Origin: Parcubacteria group bacterium Gr01-1014_13
GTDB taxonomy: Bacteria; Patescibacteriota; Patescibacteriia; Magasanikbacterales; GWA2-37-8
Assembly: GCA_007376295.1 (NCBI GenBank)
Contig: VMGB01000001.1
Coordinates: 285,969 to 349,968, forward strand
Reading direction: 5' to 3'
Length of the DNA: 64,000 nucleotides
The notes beneath the pieces were generated by a model. That model was not told the origin of the DNA and ran no database searches. It saw nothing but the letters and a program-made list of their open reading frames with translations. The position numbers and the translations under genes are program-made. Shown here in pieces: positions 20,903-31,656 of the stretch. The number at the start of each line of letters is the position of its first letter. The stretch's first letter is position 1.

Positions 20903-21754
20903 ATGAAAAATAATAACTTCAACTCGTTAGCAATATTTGAAACCTATAGAATTCGTCGTGTTTATGATGAACAAAAAGAAACTTGGTATTTTTCGATAAT
21001 TGATATTATTGCCGCGCTTACCGAACAGTCGGATTTTAAAAAAGCAAAAACCTACTGGACAACTCTTAAAAACCGCTTAAAAAACGAAGGAAGTGAAGTG
21101 GTCACAAATTGTGACCAGTTGAAAATGCTGGCTCAGGACGGAAAAATGCGCGAAACTGATGTGGCTAATGTCGAAACAATTTTGAGGTTAATTCAATCCG
21201 TCCCCAGCAAAAAAGCCGAACCAATTAAGATTTGGCTAGCTAAAGTCGGATATGAACGAATGCAGGAAATGACTGATCCGGAAAAGGCATTGAATCGCGG
21301 CCGTGAGTATTGGCAAAAACAAGGCAGAAGCGCAAAGTGGATACAACAAAGAATGACTGGGCAAGAAACCAGAAACAAACTTACGGATTACTGGAGTGAG
21401 AATGGTGTTAAAAAGGGTGATGAATTTGCTATTCTGACAAATATTATTCATGAAGAGTGGAGCGATTTGTCGGTAAAAAATCATAAAAATTTAAAGGGTC
21501 TGAAAACACAGAACTTGCGGGATCATATGAGTGAAGAAGAATTGATTTTTTCCGCCTTGGCCGAACTTTCTACAAGAAGAATCGCTGAAAAAGAAAAAAC
21601 TCATGGCTTGGAAGCCAATAAAGTTCCCGCTAAGAAAGGCGGTAAAATTGCCAAAGACGCGCGAATCGCCTTAGAAAATAAGATCGGCGGAAGCGTGATT
21701 ACGGGTGATAATTTTTTATCAAAGACGAAAAACAAAAAAATAAAATATGAATAA
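20903..21754 (+). CDS. BRO-N domain protein (phage antirepressor-like)
   Basis: IRRVYDEQKETWYFSIIDII, LKMLAQDGKMRETD, RLIQSVPSKKAEP and NLRDHM motifs; start moved to ATG 20903. Confidence 0.85.
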   Translation: MKNNNFNSLAIFETYRIRRVYDEQKETWYFSIIDIIAALTEQSDFKKAKTYWTTLKNRLKNEGSEVVTNCDQLKMLAQDGKMRETDVANVETILRLIQSVPSKKAEPIKIWLAKVGYERMQEMTDPEKALNRGREYWQKQGRSAKWIQQRMTGQETRNKLTDYWSENGVKKGDEFAILTNIIHEEWSDLSVKNHKNLKGLKTQNLRDHMSEEELIFSALAELSTRRIAEKEKTHGLEANKVPAKKGGKIAKDARIALENKIGGSVITGDNFLSKTKNKKIKYE

Positions 21755-21766
21755 ACCTCCAATTTT

Positions 21767-23143
21767 ATGTCTCTAAAAATCTACAATACCCTATCCCGCA
21801 AAACAGAAGAATTTAAACCGATAAAAAAAGGCCGCGCTGACATATATGCTTGCGGTCCAACTGTTTACAATTACGCCCATATCGGCAATCTGCGCACATA
21901 TGTTTTTGAAGATATCTTCAAAAGAGTTTTGCAATACAACGGATATAAAGTAAAACATATAATGAATATCACAGACGTTGGCCATCTCACTAGCAATGGC
22001 GACGAAGGTGAAGATAAAATGGAAAAAAGCGCCGAACGTGAAGGTAAAACCGCATGGCAAATTGCCAAATTTTATACCGCGGCATTTCAAAAAGATCTAA
22101 AAGATCTAAATATTTTGCTGCCAAATAAATTTCCTAAAGCGACAGATAATATAAAGGAACAGATTAATTTGATAAAAAAATTGGAACAAAAAGGATTTAC
22201 TTACAAAACTAACGACGGTGTATATTTTGACACTTCAAAATTAACAGATTATGGAAAACTGGCTGGCCTGGACAAACAACAGTTAAAAGCCGGGGCCAGA
22301 GTGGAAATGGGTGAGAAAAAAAATATCACTGATTTTGCTTTGTGGAAATTTTCGCCAAAAGGACAAAAAAGAGAAATGGAATGGCCAAGCCCTTGGGGCG
22401 TAGGCTTCCCTGGTTGGCATATAGAATGCTCGGCAATGGCAACCAAATATCTCGGTCAGCCATTTGATATACATGTGGGGGGCATTGATCACGTATCGGT
22501 GCACCATACCAACGAAATAGCGCAGAGCGAAGCGGCAAATGATAAGCCCTTGGCCAATTACTGGCTACATGGCGAATTTATACTCATGGGCGAAGATAAA
22601 ATGGCCAAATCTGCCGATAATTTTATAACCTTAGACACTTTAAAAGAAAAAGGCATCAATCCCCTCGCCTATCGCTATCTTTTACTCCAAACCCACTACC
22701 GAAAACAGTTGAGTTTTTCTTGGGAAGCATTGGGCGCGGCGCAAAACGGATTGTATCATCTATATAATATTGTCCAAAGCTGGGATAAACCAGGACCAAG
22801 TTGCAATGATTGTGAATTGAAATTTCTAGAAGCAGTAAATAACGATTTGGATATGCCAGCTGCCATGGCCATAATGTGGGATTTAATAAAAAATCCTATC
22901 TTCCCCGGATCTGCCAAAAAAAGAACTATTTTAAAGTTTGATAAAATACTTGGATTAGGATTGGCTAAATTAAAAAAACAAAAAATTAATATACCCACGG
23001 AAATTCAAAATTTAATTGCCGAAAGAGATGGCGCTAGGTTTTCCAAAAACTGGGACAAAAGTGATGAACTTAGAAAAAAAATAGAAACGGCCGGATATAC
23101 TGTTATGGATACACCGGAGGGTACAAAGATTGAAAAAAAATAG
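21767..23143 (+). CDS. cysS: Cysteine--tRNA ligase
   Basis: [23 protein letters not shown] and KMAKS motifs. Confidence 0.98.
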   Translation: MSLKIYNTLSRKTEEFKPIKKGRADIYACGPTVYNYAHIGNLRTYVFEDIFKRVLQYNGYKVKHIMNITDVGHLTSNGDEGEDKMEKSAEREGKTAWQIAKFYTAAFQKDLKDLNILLPNKFPKATDNIKEQINLIKKLEQKGFTYKTNDGVYFDTSKLTDYGKLAGLDKQQLKAGARVEMGEKKNITDFALWKFSPKGQKREMEWPSPWGVGFPGWHIECSAMATKYLGQPFDIHVGGIDHVSVHHTNEIAQSEAANDKPLANYWLHGEFILMGEDKMAKSADNFITLDTLKEKGINPLAYRYLLLQTHYRKQLSFSWEALGAAQNGLYHLYNIVQSWDKPGPSCNDCELKFLEAVNNDLDMPAAMAIMWDLIKNPIFPGSAKKRTILKFDKILGLGLAKLKKQKINIPTEIQNLIAERDGARFSKNWDKSDELRKKIETAGYTVMDTPEGTKIEKK

Positions 23144-23195
23144 AATTTTACTTAAAAAAACCGCGATACAGACGAATCTGTGCGCGGTTTTCTTT

Positions 23196-23753
23196 TTATT
23201 TTTTGAGATATTTCTGTCGTGGCTTGATGCTATTAACAAACGATGCGAACATTTTTTCCTGCCTCGGGCTCATTTCCGATAGAGACCCCTCCCCAACTCT
23301 GCTAACCGTAATTTCGGTTTGCGGATGCGAATGAAAAAACATGAAAAATAAATGCTCGTCACCTATGCCGCCACGGAATACAACACGGTTCTGATCCATG
23401 AAGCAATCAATTCTTGTATTTAGCACACAGAAACCATAAGCGACCATACGCTTGGGATCATCAGTTTGGATAACCTCTATCCTAATATGAAACTTCCCCG
23501 AAGGCGAATGTATTAAACGAGCTGAGCATGGCAGACCGTGAATGTTGGTGGTTTCCTGATGAGTGGCATCGCCACACCTATATTCAGGCCCCATACTCCA
23601 ACCCACGGGTTTGGTGAAAATAAACTCGCCAATTCTAACCTTCTCCGCTTTAGGTCGCGGAACACTTTTGTTGAAGACTGGTTCCTTTGAAGCTGTGGAA
23701 TGCCAGCATCCAAATAAAAAGAACAACAGAACCAACGTAAAAATTTTGTTCAT
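23196..23753 (-). CDS. Hypothetical lipoprotein
   Basis: MNKIFTLVLLFFLFG-C lipobox; AAGGAGG SD. Confidence 0.7.
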   Translation of the reverse strand: MNKIFTLVLLFFLFGCWHSTASKEPVFNKSVPRPKAEKVRIGEFIFTKPVGWSMGPEYRCGDATHQETTNIHGLPCSARLIHSPSGKFHIRIEVIQTDDPKRMVAYGFCVLNTRIDCFMDQNRVVFRGGIGDEHLFFMFFHSHPQTEITVSRVGEGSLSEMSPRQEKMFASFVNSIKPRQKYLKK

Positions 23754-23859
23754 AACGCCCCTCCTTGACCTGAAATGTAACAAAAAATAACCGCCGAGTC
23801 AAAACGCTGTTGACAAAGGGCTGTTTTGATATAACCTACATACCAGAACGGAGGAAAAC

Positions 23860-24813
23860 ATGAGTTTCAATAAGAAGCGCTGGTTCTTTCCTTTGCTGGC
23901 GCTTGCCGAATTTATTGTAATTCTTTTCTTGATTCCGACAGATTGCGGTCGCACCGAGACCGACAAAAATCTGTCGAATATAAAGGAAACCGACAAATTA
24001 ACCAAAAAAGGTAAGGCTGACCAATTCTGTGAGGGTGATAAATGCCCATCTCTGCCAAACGATAATGACGCAGATGACGAGGCTAATACCGACGAGGTTG
24101 ATAATGTGGTTGTACAAGATGCCGGAATTCAGTCCTGTTCAACTGCAGAAGACTGCGGCTGTGGCTACGGTTGCACAAACAACAAATGCCACAAACTAGC
24201 TTCAGCTTGCTGTGTTGAAGGCGACTGTGGCGCGGGCACGGTCTGCGTTAAAAAAGAAGATCAGCTAAACGGAGAATGCATGATTTCGCAGTGTGACACT
24301 GATAACCAATGCGGTGGCCGATGCGGTGTACGTTGCGAAAATCATCGTTGCAGTCAAACGTATTGCTGCGCAGATTCGGATTGCTCCACAGGAAAATTCT
24401 GCCATATTGAATCTGATCAAACCGAGGGTGTTTGTCTAACATCCCAGTGCAATTCCTATGCTGATTGTGAATGTAATGAGGCATGTGAAGGTCATATCTG
24501 CAGACGTACATATTACTCTGAGAAGCCCATGAAATGCTGCGGCACCGACTTCTACTATGAAGGAGCGTGCCGACCTATTGAATGGATCCAAAATGGACGC
24601 TGTCTAGGAGATGAACACTGTCCTGCAGGCAAAGCCTGCTCAGACAATAACATTTGTCTACCGACGACATGCGCCAACAACGCAGATTGCGGCTGTGAAA
24701 CTGTCTGCCGAAAAGGCCGTTGCTTCCACGGTTGTGATAAAAACAGTGATTGCTGTAATAAAGGTAATGTCTGCGATCGTGGCCAGTGCATACCCCCAGA
24801 TACAGATGAATAA
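23860..24813 (+). CDS. Membrane-anchored cysteine-rich repeat protein
   Basis: N-terminal TM, acidic linker, about 45 Cys in C-x5-C-x(3-5)-C-x4-C type repeats; GGAGG SD. Confidence 0.8.
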   Translation: MSFNKKRWFFPLLALAEFIVILFLIPTDCGRTETDKNLSNIKETDKLTKKGKADQFCEGDKCPSLPNDNDADDEANTDEVDNVVVQDAGIQSCSTAEDCGCGYGCTNNKCHKLASACCVEGDCGAGTVCVKKEDQLNGECMISQCDTDNQCGGRCGVRCENHRCSQTYCCADSDCSTGKFCHIESDQTEGVCLTSQCNSYADCECNEACEGHICRRTYYSEKPMKCCGTDFYYEGACRPIEWIQNGRCLGDEHCPAGKACSDNNICLPTTCANNADCGCETVCRKGRCFHGCDKNSDCCNKGNVCDRGQCIPPDTDE

Positions 24814-24877
24814 AAAAATTTAAAAACAAAAATTCGCGCTAAAAACGCGAACGCTACCACGACGATTCGTGGTTTTT

Positions 24878-25804
24878 TTACACCCACTTCTTCTTTTTAA
24901 ACACCAAAAGCATTAACAAAGCACCGGACACGATAAGCCCGATTAATTTAAAAAAACCAAACTGGCTGGAAATAAGAGGCGTTCCGTTAGCATGAACGGC
25001 AAATACTGCGGCCACTAAGCTAAGCGGAAAAGTAATTACCGAAATTATTGTAAGGGTCTTCATTATTTCGTTCATGCGCAACCCAACAACAGATTCATTT
25101 GTTTCATGCAAAGCGTCAACACTTTCTTTTTGGCCTTCCAAGGTATGCCAAATTTCATTTACATGTTCACGAGCATGGTTTATATAACTTTGATACGCCT
25201 GCAAATCCAGTTCACGGCCTCCGCTGGAAATCAGCCGTTCCAAAACAGTTTTGTGTCCTTGCATGGTACGGCGGAAAGTAACTACATTAGTTTTGAGACG
25301 CAAAATTTCTTCGACTGTTTTTCTATCCGGAATCTTAGTGAATAAAATCTTATCAACGGAATTGATATCGTCATTTATATGTAAAAGAATAGGGAAAATC
25401 GAATCCAAAAGCCGGGTTAACAGCTCAAAAAATACCTGGGCGGCCGTACCCCGGAAATATTTATCCCTGCTATCTGTATTTTTTTGGCATTCATTCCAAA
25501 AATTATCGATTACCGGCAAACTGCTGTCATGTACGGTAACTAAATTTTGGCCATTTAAGAAAAAATCGACTTCGGTGAAGCCAAGCCGACGGGTAGTTCG
25601 GTTGAAAACAGGGAAATGCAAGACTGCGAAATAATATCCTTCGCGTTTGACAAACTTTGGGCGTTGAAATGCCGGCATGCTTTCCTTTATATCTTGTTCC
25701 GCCAATTGAAATCTTTTTTGCGCGGCGCGTAAGACTTTTTCCTCTGGTTTGGTAACATTTACCCAAAGCAAACCATTGTTTTGAATTTCATTTATATTTT
25801 TCAT
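24878..25804 (-). CDS. corA: CorA-family divalent cation transporter
   Basis: MNEIMKTLTIIS...two C-terminal TMs and KKKWV; the canonical GMN motif is divergent (AVH). Confidence 0.85.
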   Translation of the reverse strand: MKNINEIQNNGLLWVNVTKPEEKVLRAAQKRFQLAEQDIKESMPAFQRPKFVKREGYYFAVLHFPVFNRTTRRLGFTEVDFFLNGQNLVTVHDSSLPVIDNFWNECQKNTDSRDKYFRGTAAQVFFELLTRLLDSIFPILLHINDDINSVDKILFTKIPDRKTVEEILRLKTNVVTFRRTMQGHKTVLERLISSGGRELDLQAYQSYINHAREHVNEIWHTLEGQKESVDALHETNESVVGLRMNEIMKTLTIISVITFPLSLVAAVFAVHANGTPLISSQFGFFKLIGLIVSGALLMLLVFKKKKWV

Positions 25805-25865
25805 AACTATAATATTATACCACATTGTTGCTGATGGTGAAATGTGCTATAATATTTGTGTAGAA

Positions 25866-26369
25866 ATGAAGCTTGTATTTCGTATGGTAGATAAACCAGC
25901 AGAACAAAAATTGTGGCCACAAACAGTCCCCGAAGTTACAGCTCCCCCAGAAGAGCTTGATTTAAAGTTGGAAAAAGAAAGCGTTCCAGAAAATGAGCCG
26001 GTTGAACAAAAAACGGTGCCTGAACAGCCCAGACCACAAAAACCCCGTTCAGCTATCAAACCAAGGCCGGCTATGCCATTACCTGCCAAAGATCCGGTGA
26101 TGGTAAAAATAGAGAAAATAATGGAAGAAGGGCTAAACGACTCTTATCAGCGCCTATCCCCTGTTGCCAAACAGGAATTTAAACTAAAAGGCGAACAGGC
26201 AGCCAGCCAAATCCGGGAACTGTTAAAAAGCACCCATGTAAAAGTCAAAAAAATTCTGCGTTTAATTTTAGACTGGCTGCGAATCCTGCCCGGCATAAAC
26301 CATTTCTTTTTAGAACAAGAAGCAAAAATAAAAACAGACAAAATTATAGCTTTAAAAGAGAAATTCTAG
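25866..26369 (+). CDS. Conserved hypothetical protein
   Basis: Pro/Glu-rich N-terminus, C-terminal PGINHFFLEQEAKIKTD; stop 1 nt before the ATPase start. Confidence 0.7.
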   Translation: MKLVFRMVDKPAEQKLWPQTVPEVTAPPEELDLKLEKESVPENEPVEQKTVPEQPRPQKPRSAIKPRPAMPLPAKDPVMVKIEKIMEEGLNDSYQRLSPVAKQEFKLKGEQAASQIRELLKSTHVKVKKILRLILDWLRILPGINHFFLEQEAKIKTDKIIALKEKF

Positions 26370-26370
26370 T

Positions 26371-28926
26371 ATGCAAGAAGTTGTAAATTTTTTGATAAAC
26401 TTTTTAAACTCTTTGCTAGAAAGTAATCTTTTTAATTTATTGCTACCTCCGGCTTTTGGGGTGGTGCTTTTAGTTTCTTTTATATACATCCTGCGCGCTA
26501 TATTCATAGTCAAAAGCCGAGAAAGCAAAGCTTTCCATAAAACCGTCATGCTCATAAAAGTTCCTAAAGAAAAGAAGGGAGAAAAAGCGGAATCCATGAA
26601 TTCGGAAGCTAACCTGAATCAGGTACGTGAAGAAATTGCTGTAGCCGAAACCCTTTTTTCGGCCATCGCCGGCCTAAAACGAGAAAGTGGCTTTATTTCT
26701 TGGCTCAAAGGCAGAAACGATCATGTTTCCTTTGAAATCGTGGTAAAAGACAGCAAAATATCATTTTATGTGGCTGTTCCAGATAAAACCAAAGGATTTG
26801 TCGAGCAACAAATTCACGCCCAATACCCGCATGCCGAAATCACCGAAGAGCCGGACTACAATATCTTCAAACCTCAAAGCCATATTGTTGGCGCTTATTT
26901 GTGGCTCAAACACAAATCAGCTTTTCCTTTAAAAACATACAAAAAATTGGATAGCGATCCGCTAATAGCGCTACTTAACCCACTAAGTAAAATATTGGAA
27001 GACGAAGGCGCTATTATTCAATGTGTTGTCCGTCCCGCTACAGGTAAATGGAGACAGCAAGGTGTTGGTTTGATTCGTGATATAAAAAAAGGAGAAAAAT
27101 TTGAGTATGTTGCCAAACGCGGAGCTTTCGGTAAATTTTTTAGCGGCTGGGGTAAATTATTATTCGCCAAAAAGAAAGAAGTTGGTGAACAACATGGCGG
27201 ACAAACTTACCAAATCACGCAAATGGAAGAAGAGATGGTAAAAAACATGGAAGAAAAAATCAGTCGCGGCGGTTTGGAAACAACTTTACGTTTAGTGAGC
27301 TCGGCCAACAACAAAGAAAAAGCGATGTTAAATCTGGAAAATATTATTAACGCCTTTAGCCAATATAACCTATACCGCTACGGCAATACTTTGGCAGCGG
27401 TTATACCTCGCCGACCTAGCGCGCTGATTCGTGATTATATATATCGTTCCATGCGCGATGACAAGTACATGGTGTTTAATACCGAAGAAATGGCTAGTTT
27501 GTGGCATTTACCTGTCCCGAGCACCGAAACTCCCAATATCAACTGGCTGGGGGCGCGCAAAGCTCCACCACCAACCAATATGCCTAAAGAAGGCATTATT
27601 CTTGGCCGGGCTGTTTACCGCGGGGAAGAAACAGTTGTACGAATGAAACGCGAAGACCGCCGCCGTCACCTTTACACTATCGGTAAGTCCGGTAGTGGAA
27701 AATCTGTCTTTATCCAAAACTTAGCAGTACAGGACATTATAAACGGCGAGGGTGTGTGCGTCATTGATCCACACGGAGACTTTGCCGAATATGTTTTGCA
27801 ACATGTACCAAAAGAAAGAGCCGAAGATGTGATTTATTTTAACCCGTCAGATACTGAACGCCCTATCGGCCTAAACATGTTGGAAATATCTTCTGAAGAA
27901 CAAAAAGATTTTGCTACTCAGGAAATGATTGCTATTTTTTATCGTCTCGTGACCGACCCATCGATGATCGGACCAATGTTTGAACATAACATGCGAAATG
28001 TAATGCTTACTTTGATGGCTGATATGGTGAACCCCGGCACTATCGCCGAAATTCCGCGCATGTTTACCGATGATGAATTTGTCGAGCAGTGGAAGAAAAA
28101 ACTTACCGACCCAATGGTGCTGGCTTTCTGGGAAAAAGAAATGGCCAAAACCTCTGATTTCCATAAATCAGAAATGTTGGGATATTTAATTTCCAAAGTC
28201 GGAAGATTTGTGGAAAACGCGATGATCCGAAATATTATTGGCCAGTCCCACTCCGGATTTAACTTCCGAGAAATCATGGATAAGAAAAAAATTCTCATTG
28301 TAAATTTAGCCAAAGGTTTGGTAGGAGAAATAAATTCCAACTTGCTAGGGTTAATTATTGTTTCCAAATTACAAATGACAGCTTTAGAACGAGCCTCTCT
28401 GCCAGAAGAACAACGCAATGATTTTTATCTATATATAGATGAGTTCCAAAACTTTATTACCGAATCTATCGCCACTATTCTTTCCGAAGCGCGTAAATAT
28501 CGCTTAGAATTGATTATCGCCCACCAATATATGAAGCAATTGGAAGACAACAAGGGCAAAACTACAGTGCGCGACGCAGTGCTGGGCAATGCGGGCACGA
28601 TCGTATCTTTCCGTATCGGCGTAGAAGACGCCGAAGTTCTAGCCAAAGAATTCGCCCCTGTATTTAGCGCCTATGATTTAGTAAATGTGGAACAGTACAC
28701 AGCCTATGCCAAACTTCTCATTGACAATACCGCCGCTAAGCCGTTTAATATGCTTACCTACCCTCCCCGCACGGGTAACAAAGAGCTGGCCGCGGCTATT
28801 AAAGAGCTTTCTAGGCTCAAATATGGCCGGCCAAGAGAGATTGTTGAAGCCGAGATAGCGGAAAGAGCCCGATTAGGATCTGTAGTGGCCGAAAGCAACC
28901 CAGCAGTGACTGAAACAAGTCTTTAA
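26371..28926 (+). CDS. VirD4/TrwB/HerA-like membrane ATPase (type IV secretion DNA-binding domain protein)
   Basis: RRRHLYTIGKSGSGKS Walker A, IDPHGD, LYIDEFQNF Walker B, LSEARKY; N-terminal TM. Confidence 0.9.
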   Translation: MQEVVNFLINFLNSLLESNLFNLLLPPAFGVVLLVSFIYILRAIFIVKSRESKAFHKTVMLIKVPKEKKGEKAESMNSEANLNQVREEIAVAETLFSAIAGLKRESGFISWLKGRNDHVSFEIVVKDSKISFYVAVPDKTKGFVEQQIHAQYPHAEITEEPDYNIFKPQSHIVGAYLWLKHKSAFPLKTYKKLDSDPLIALLNPLSKILEDEGAIIQCVVRPATGKWRQQGVGLIRDIKKGEKFEYVAKRGAFGKFFSGWGKLLFAKKKEVGEQHGGQTYQITQMEEEMVKNMEEKISRGGLETTLRLVSSANNKEKAMLNLENIINAFSQYNLYRYGNTLAAVIPRRPSALIRDYIYRSMRDDKYMVFNTEEMASLWHLPVPSTETPNINWLGARKAPPPTNMPKEGIILGRAVYRGEETVVRMKREDRRRHLYTIGKSGSGKSVFIQNLAVQDIINGEGVCVIDPHGDFAEYVLQHVPKERAEDVIYFNPSDTERPIGLNMLEISSEEQKDFATQEMIAIFYRLVTDPSMIGPMFEHNMRNVMLTLMADMVNPGTIAEIPRMFTDDEFVEQWKKKLTDPMVLAFWEKEMAKTSDFHKSEMLGYLISKVGRFVENAMIRNIIGQSHSGFNFREIMDKKKILIVNLAKGLVGEINSNLLGLIIVSKLQMTALERASLPEEQRNDFYLYIDEFQNFITESIATILSEARKYRLELIIAHQYMKQLEDNKGKTTVRDAVLGNAGTIVSFRIGVEDAEVLAKEFAPVFSAYDLVNVEQYTAYAKLLIDNTAAKPFNMLTYPPRTGNKELAAAIKELSRLKYGRPREIVEAEIAERARLGSVVAESNPAVTETSL

Positions 28927-28935
28927 TCCCCTTTT

Positions 28936-30510
28936 ATGTCCACAATTTACCGCAAGTACCGCCCTCAACAATTTTCTGATGTTACTGGGCAAGAACATAT
29001 CATAAAAACAATTACTAACGAAGTAAATACAAATAAGATAGCGCATGCCTATCTTTTTTCCGGTCCTCGTGGAACTGGTAAAACCACTCTAGCTCGTTTA
29101 CTAGCTAAAGCAATCAATTGCCCGGATCGTAAAAAAAACGACTATGAACCTTGCGGCACATGCCAATCCTGTACAGAAATTACTGCCGGCCACAGTATAG
29201 ACATAATTGAGATAGACGCGGCCAGCCACACTGGTGTAGACAATGTGCGCGAAAATATTATCGATAACGCGCAATTTAAACCCACAAAATCAAAATACAA
29301 AGTCTTTATTATCGACGAAGTGCACATGCTTTCCACCAGCGCTTTTAATGCGCTGCTAAAGACCTTAGAAGAACCACCAAGTCATGTAATTTTTGTTTTG
29401 GCCACTACTGAACAACACAAGTTGCCAGCCACCATTATTTCCCGTTGCCAACGTTTTAATTTCAAAAGAGTTGGTTACGAGGACATGATGAAACGATTGG
29501 CAGAAATTTGTAAAAGCGAAAAAGTAAAAGTTGATAAAAAAGTTTTGGAACGTATCATAAACAAAAGTGACGGCTGTATGCGTGATGCCGAAAGTTTGTT
29601 GGGACAGGTACTAAGCTTAGATCTAAAAGATATTGGCCCAGAAGACGCAGAAATGATACTGCCCACTTCTAATATTCAAACCGTACTGGAATTTATTGAC
29701 GCAGTCTTTGATAGACAAGTTTCCGTAGCTATAAAAATCCTTCAAGATCAAGTGGCTGATGGCGTAAATCTGGAACAGTTTGCCTATGACTGTTTGGAAG
29801 CCATGCGTTTGCTGATGATTTTACAAATTGATCCCCAAACAAAAAATATAACTGTGGATTATAACAATGAAGCTGTAAAAGAACTCAAAAAAATCTCTGC
29901 AAAAGCTACACCATTGCACCTTGTAAAAATGATTGAATCGTTAGTTTCCCGCCGCCGTGATATAAAATCAGCTCCAATGCCACAATTGCCATTAGAATTA
30001 TTTGTAATAGAATTTACTTGTTCCTCTGATCAAGGTTCTGAGCAACCGCTTGTTATTACAAACAAAGAATCTGTCATGCCACAAAAGGCTTCTCTCAACA
30101 CGATTCAAGATGACAACCAAGAAAAACCATTACATGCCATTACCCAAACCATAAAAGATACTATTTCCACCCTAACCCACAGACCCGTTAAAACAACCAC
30201 AGAAGAAATAAAATCAAAATGGAATGATGTGATCCAAGCAGTGGCCAAAGAAAATCACTCGCTTGGTTTTATATTAAAAATGTGCGATATTAAAGATGTA
30301 AATGATGAGGGCTTGCACTTATCTGTCCCCTACTCTTTTCACAAAGATAAACTAGATGAAAATAAAACGAAAAAAACCATAGAAAAAACTTTGACCGAAT
30401 TTTTTTCTGAACATATACAATTACACTGCGCTGTTTCCGAGAATTCAATACAAAAAAATGATGAGGAATTAAATAAAGTAGCCGCTGATTTTGGCGGTGA
30501 AATAATTTAA
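28936..30510 (+). CDS. dnaX: DNA polymerase III subunit gamma/tau
   Basis: YRKYRPQ, GPRGTGKTT, EIDAAS, IIDEVHMLS and SRCQ motifs. Confidence 0.97.
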   Translation: MSTIYRKYRPQQFSDVTGQEHIIKTITNEVNTNKIAHAYLFSGPRGTGKTTLARLLAKAINCPDRKKNDYEPCGTCQSCTEITAGHSIDIIEIDAASHTGVDNVRENIIDNAQFKPTKSKYKVFIIDEVHMLSTSAFNALLKTLEEPPSHVIFVLATTEQHKLPATIISRCQRFNFKRVGYEDMMKRLAEICKSEKVKVDKKVLERIINKSDGCMRDAESLLGQVLSLDLKDIGPEDAEMILPTSNIQTVLEFIDAVFDRQVSVAIKILQDQVADGVNLEQFAYDCLEAMRLLMILQIDPQTKNITVDYNNEAVKELKKISAKATPLHLVKMIESLVSRRRDIKSAPMPQLPLELFVIEFTCSSDQGSEQPLVITNKESVMPQKASLNTIQDDNQEKPLHAITQTIKDTISTLTHRPVKTTTEEIKSKWNDVIQAVAKENHSLGFILKMCDIKDVNDEGLHLSVPYSFHKDKLDENKTKKTIEKTLTEFFSEHIQLHCAVSENSIQKNDEELNKVAADFGGEII

Positions 30511-30515
30511 TCAAT

Positions 30516-31382
30516 ATGAAAAAATTTGTTATAAAATTTATTGTAACTTTTTCAATATTGATTCTGATGGGATCCGGGTGCAATGCCGCCACCACTACCC
30601 CGCCTTCTCCTTTAAGCACAGCAAAAGAAAAAGTTAATTTGCTTGTACCATATATACCAGAAGCTCCGGAAGGGCTAATGGTAAAACCTTGGAATAATTC
30701 CTGTGAAGAAGCTTCTACAGCCATGCTTGATGAATATTATTTTGGCAACAGAGCCAAGGGGGTTAGTATTCCAAAAGCAAAAAAAATGATACTTGATTAT
30801 ATAAATATCGAAAACAAGCTGTTTGGCTACAATGGCAATACCAATGCCGCCGAAATGACAAAGCTAATAAATGAGTACTCAAAATATTTTGAAGCTACAA
30901 TAAAAACTAACCCGACCTTGGAAGAAATAAAAAATGAACTCGAATCAGGCCGGCCGGTAATCGCCCTGCTCTACGGCAAAGACCTAAACAATCCCCGCAT
31001 CCAGTTTGCCCGTAGCGGTTCTTATTATCATACTTTGGTAATTAAAGGCTTTGATGAGGAAACTAAAGAATTTATCGTAAACGACAACGGCGACTTTAAA
31101 CAAGGCCTTGACTTGCGCTATTCTTATGATACAATCCTAGGCGCTCTGCGTGATTACGATCACAAAACTCAACAAACGGTAAAACCGGCCACAGCGCTAT
31201 TTACCAGCCAGAGAATGCTGGTAAAGACCAAGGACAGCGGCCGAATTTATCTAATTAAAGACAACAAAAAATACCGTATTTCTTCTCCACAGGTCTTTAA
31301 AGATCGCAAGTGGAAATGGAGTTTGGTAATGACTGTTACCAAATCCTGGCTGGATAAATTTGAATCCGGACCGGCGATATAA
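30516..31382 (+). CDS. C39-like peptidase family lipoprotein
   Basis: LMGSG-C lipobox, CEEAS catalytic Cys, YHTLVIKGFD and VND. Confidence 0.8.
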   Translation: MKKFVIKFIVTFSILILMGSGCNAATTTPPSPLSTAKEKVNLLVPYIPEAPEGLMVKPWNNSCEEASTAMLDEYYFGNRAKGVSIPKAKKMILDYINIENKLFGYNGNTNAAEMTKLINEYSKYFEATIKTNPTLEEIKNELESGRPVIALLYGKDLNNPRIQFARSGSYYHTLVIKGFDEETKEFIVNDNGDFKQGLDLRYSYDTILGALRDYDHKTQQTVKPATALFTSQRMLVKTKDSGRIYLIKDNKKYRISSPQVFKDRKWKWSLVMTVTKSWLDKFESGPAI

Positions 31383-31383
31383 C

Positions 31384-31454
31384 TCCGAGGTGGTCTAATG
31401 GTAGGACAGCAGACTCTGAATCTGCTTATCTTGGTTCGAATCCAAGCCTCGGAA
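31384..31454 (+). tRNA. tRNA-Gln(CTG)
   Basis: TCCGAGG/CCTCGGA acceptor, GCAGA-ctCTGaa-TCTGC anticodon arm, TTCGAAT T-loop. Confidence 0.96.
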
Positions 31455-31656
31455 CAATGAAGAAATCTGCGCTCAAGTCAGCGAAAGCTGACCTCATGTT
31501 AATTTATTTTTTCCTGCTTTGCAAAATTGGGTGTGGATAAACATTAAAACCATGTTTAAAACACGCTGAATGAGCGCCGCGGTGGTCAAAACGATGCTAA
31601 GTTCCCTGCTTTAGACACTAAAAAACACCCGGTTATGGGTGTTTTTAGTAAACAAT

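Noticed and set aside
20903-21754. BRO-N gene as a sign of a prophage
   Set aside because: Flanked by pilM and cysS with no phage structural or integrase genes; solitary copies are common.
26371-28926. Conjugative element
   Set aside because: No relaxase, VirB4 or mating-pair genes; embedded among core genes directly upstream of dnaX.
31533-31541. DnaA box TGTGGATAA suggesting oriC
   Set aside because: Single box with no cluster and no dnaA/dnaN nearby.
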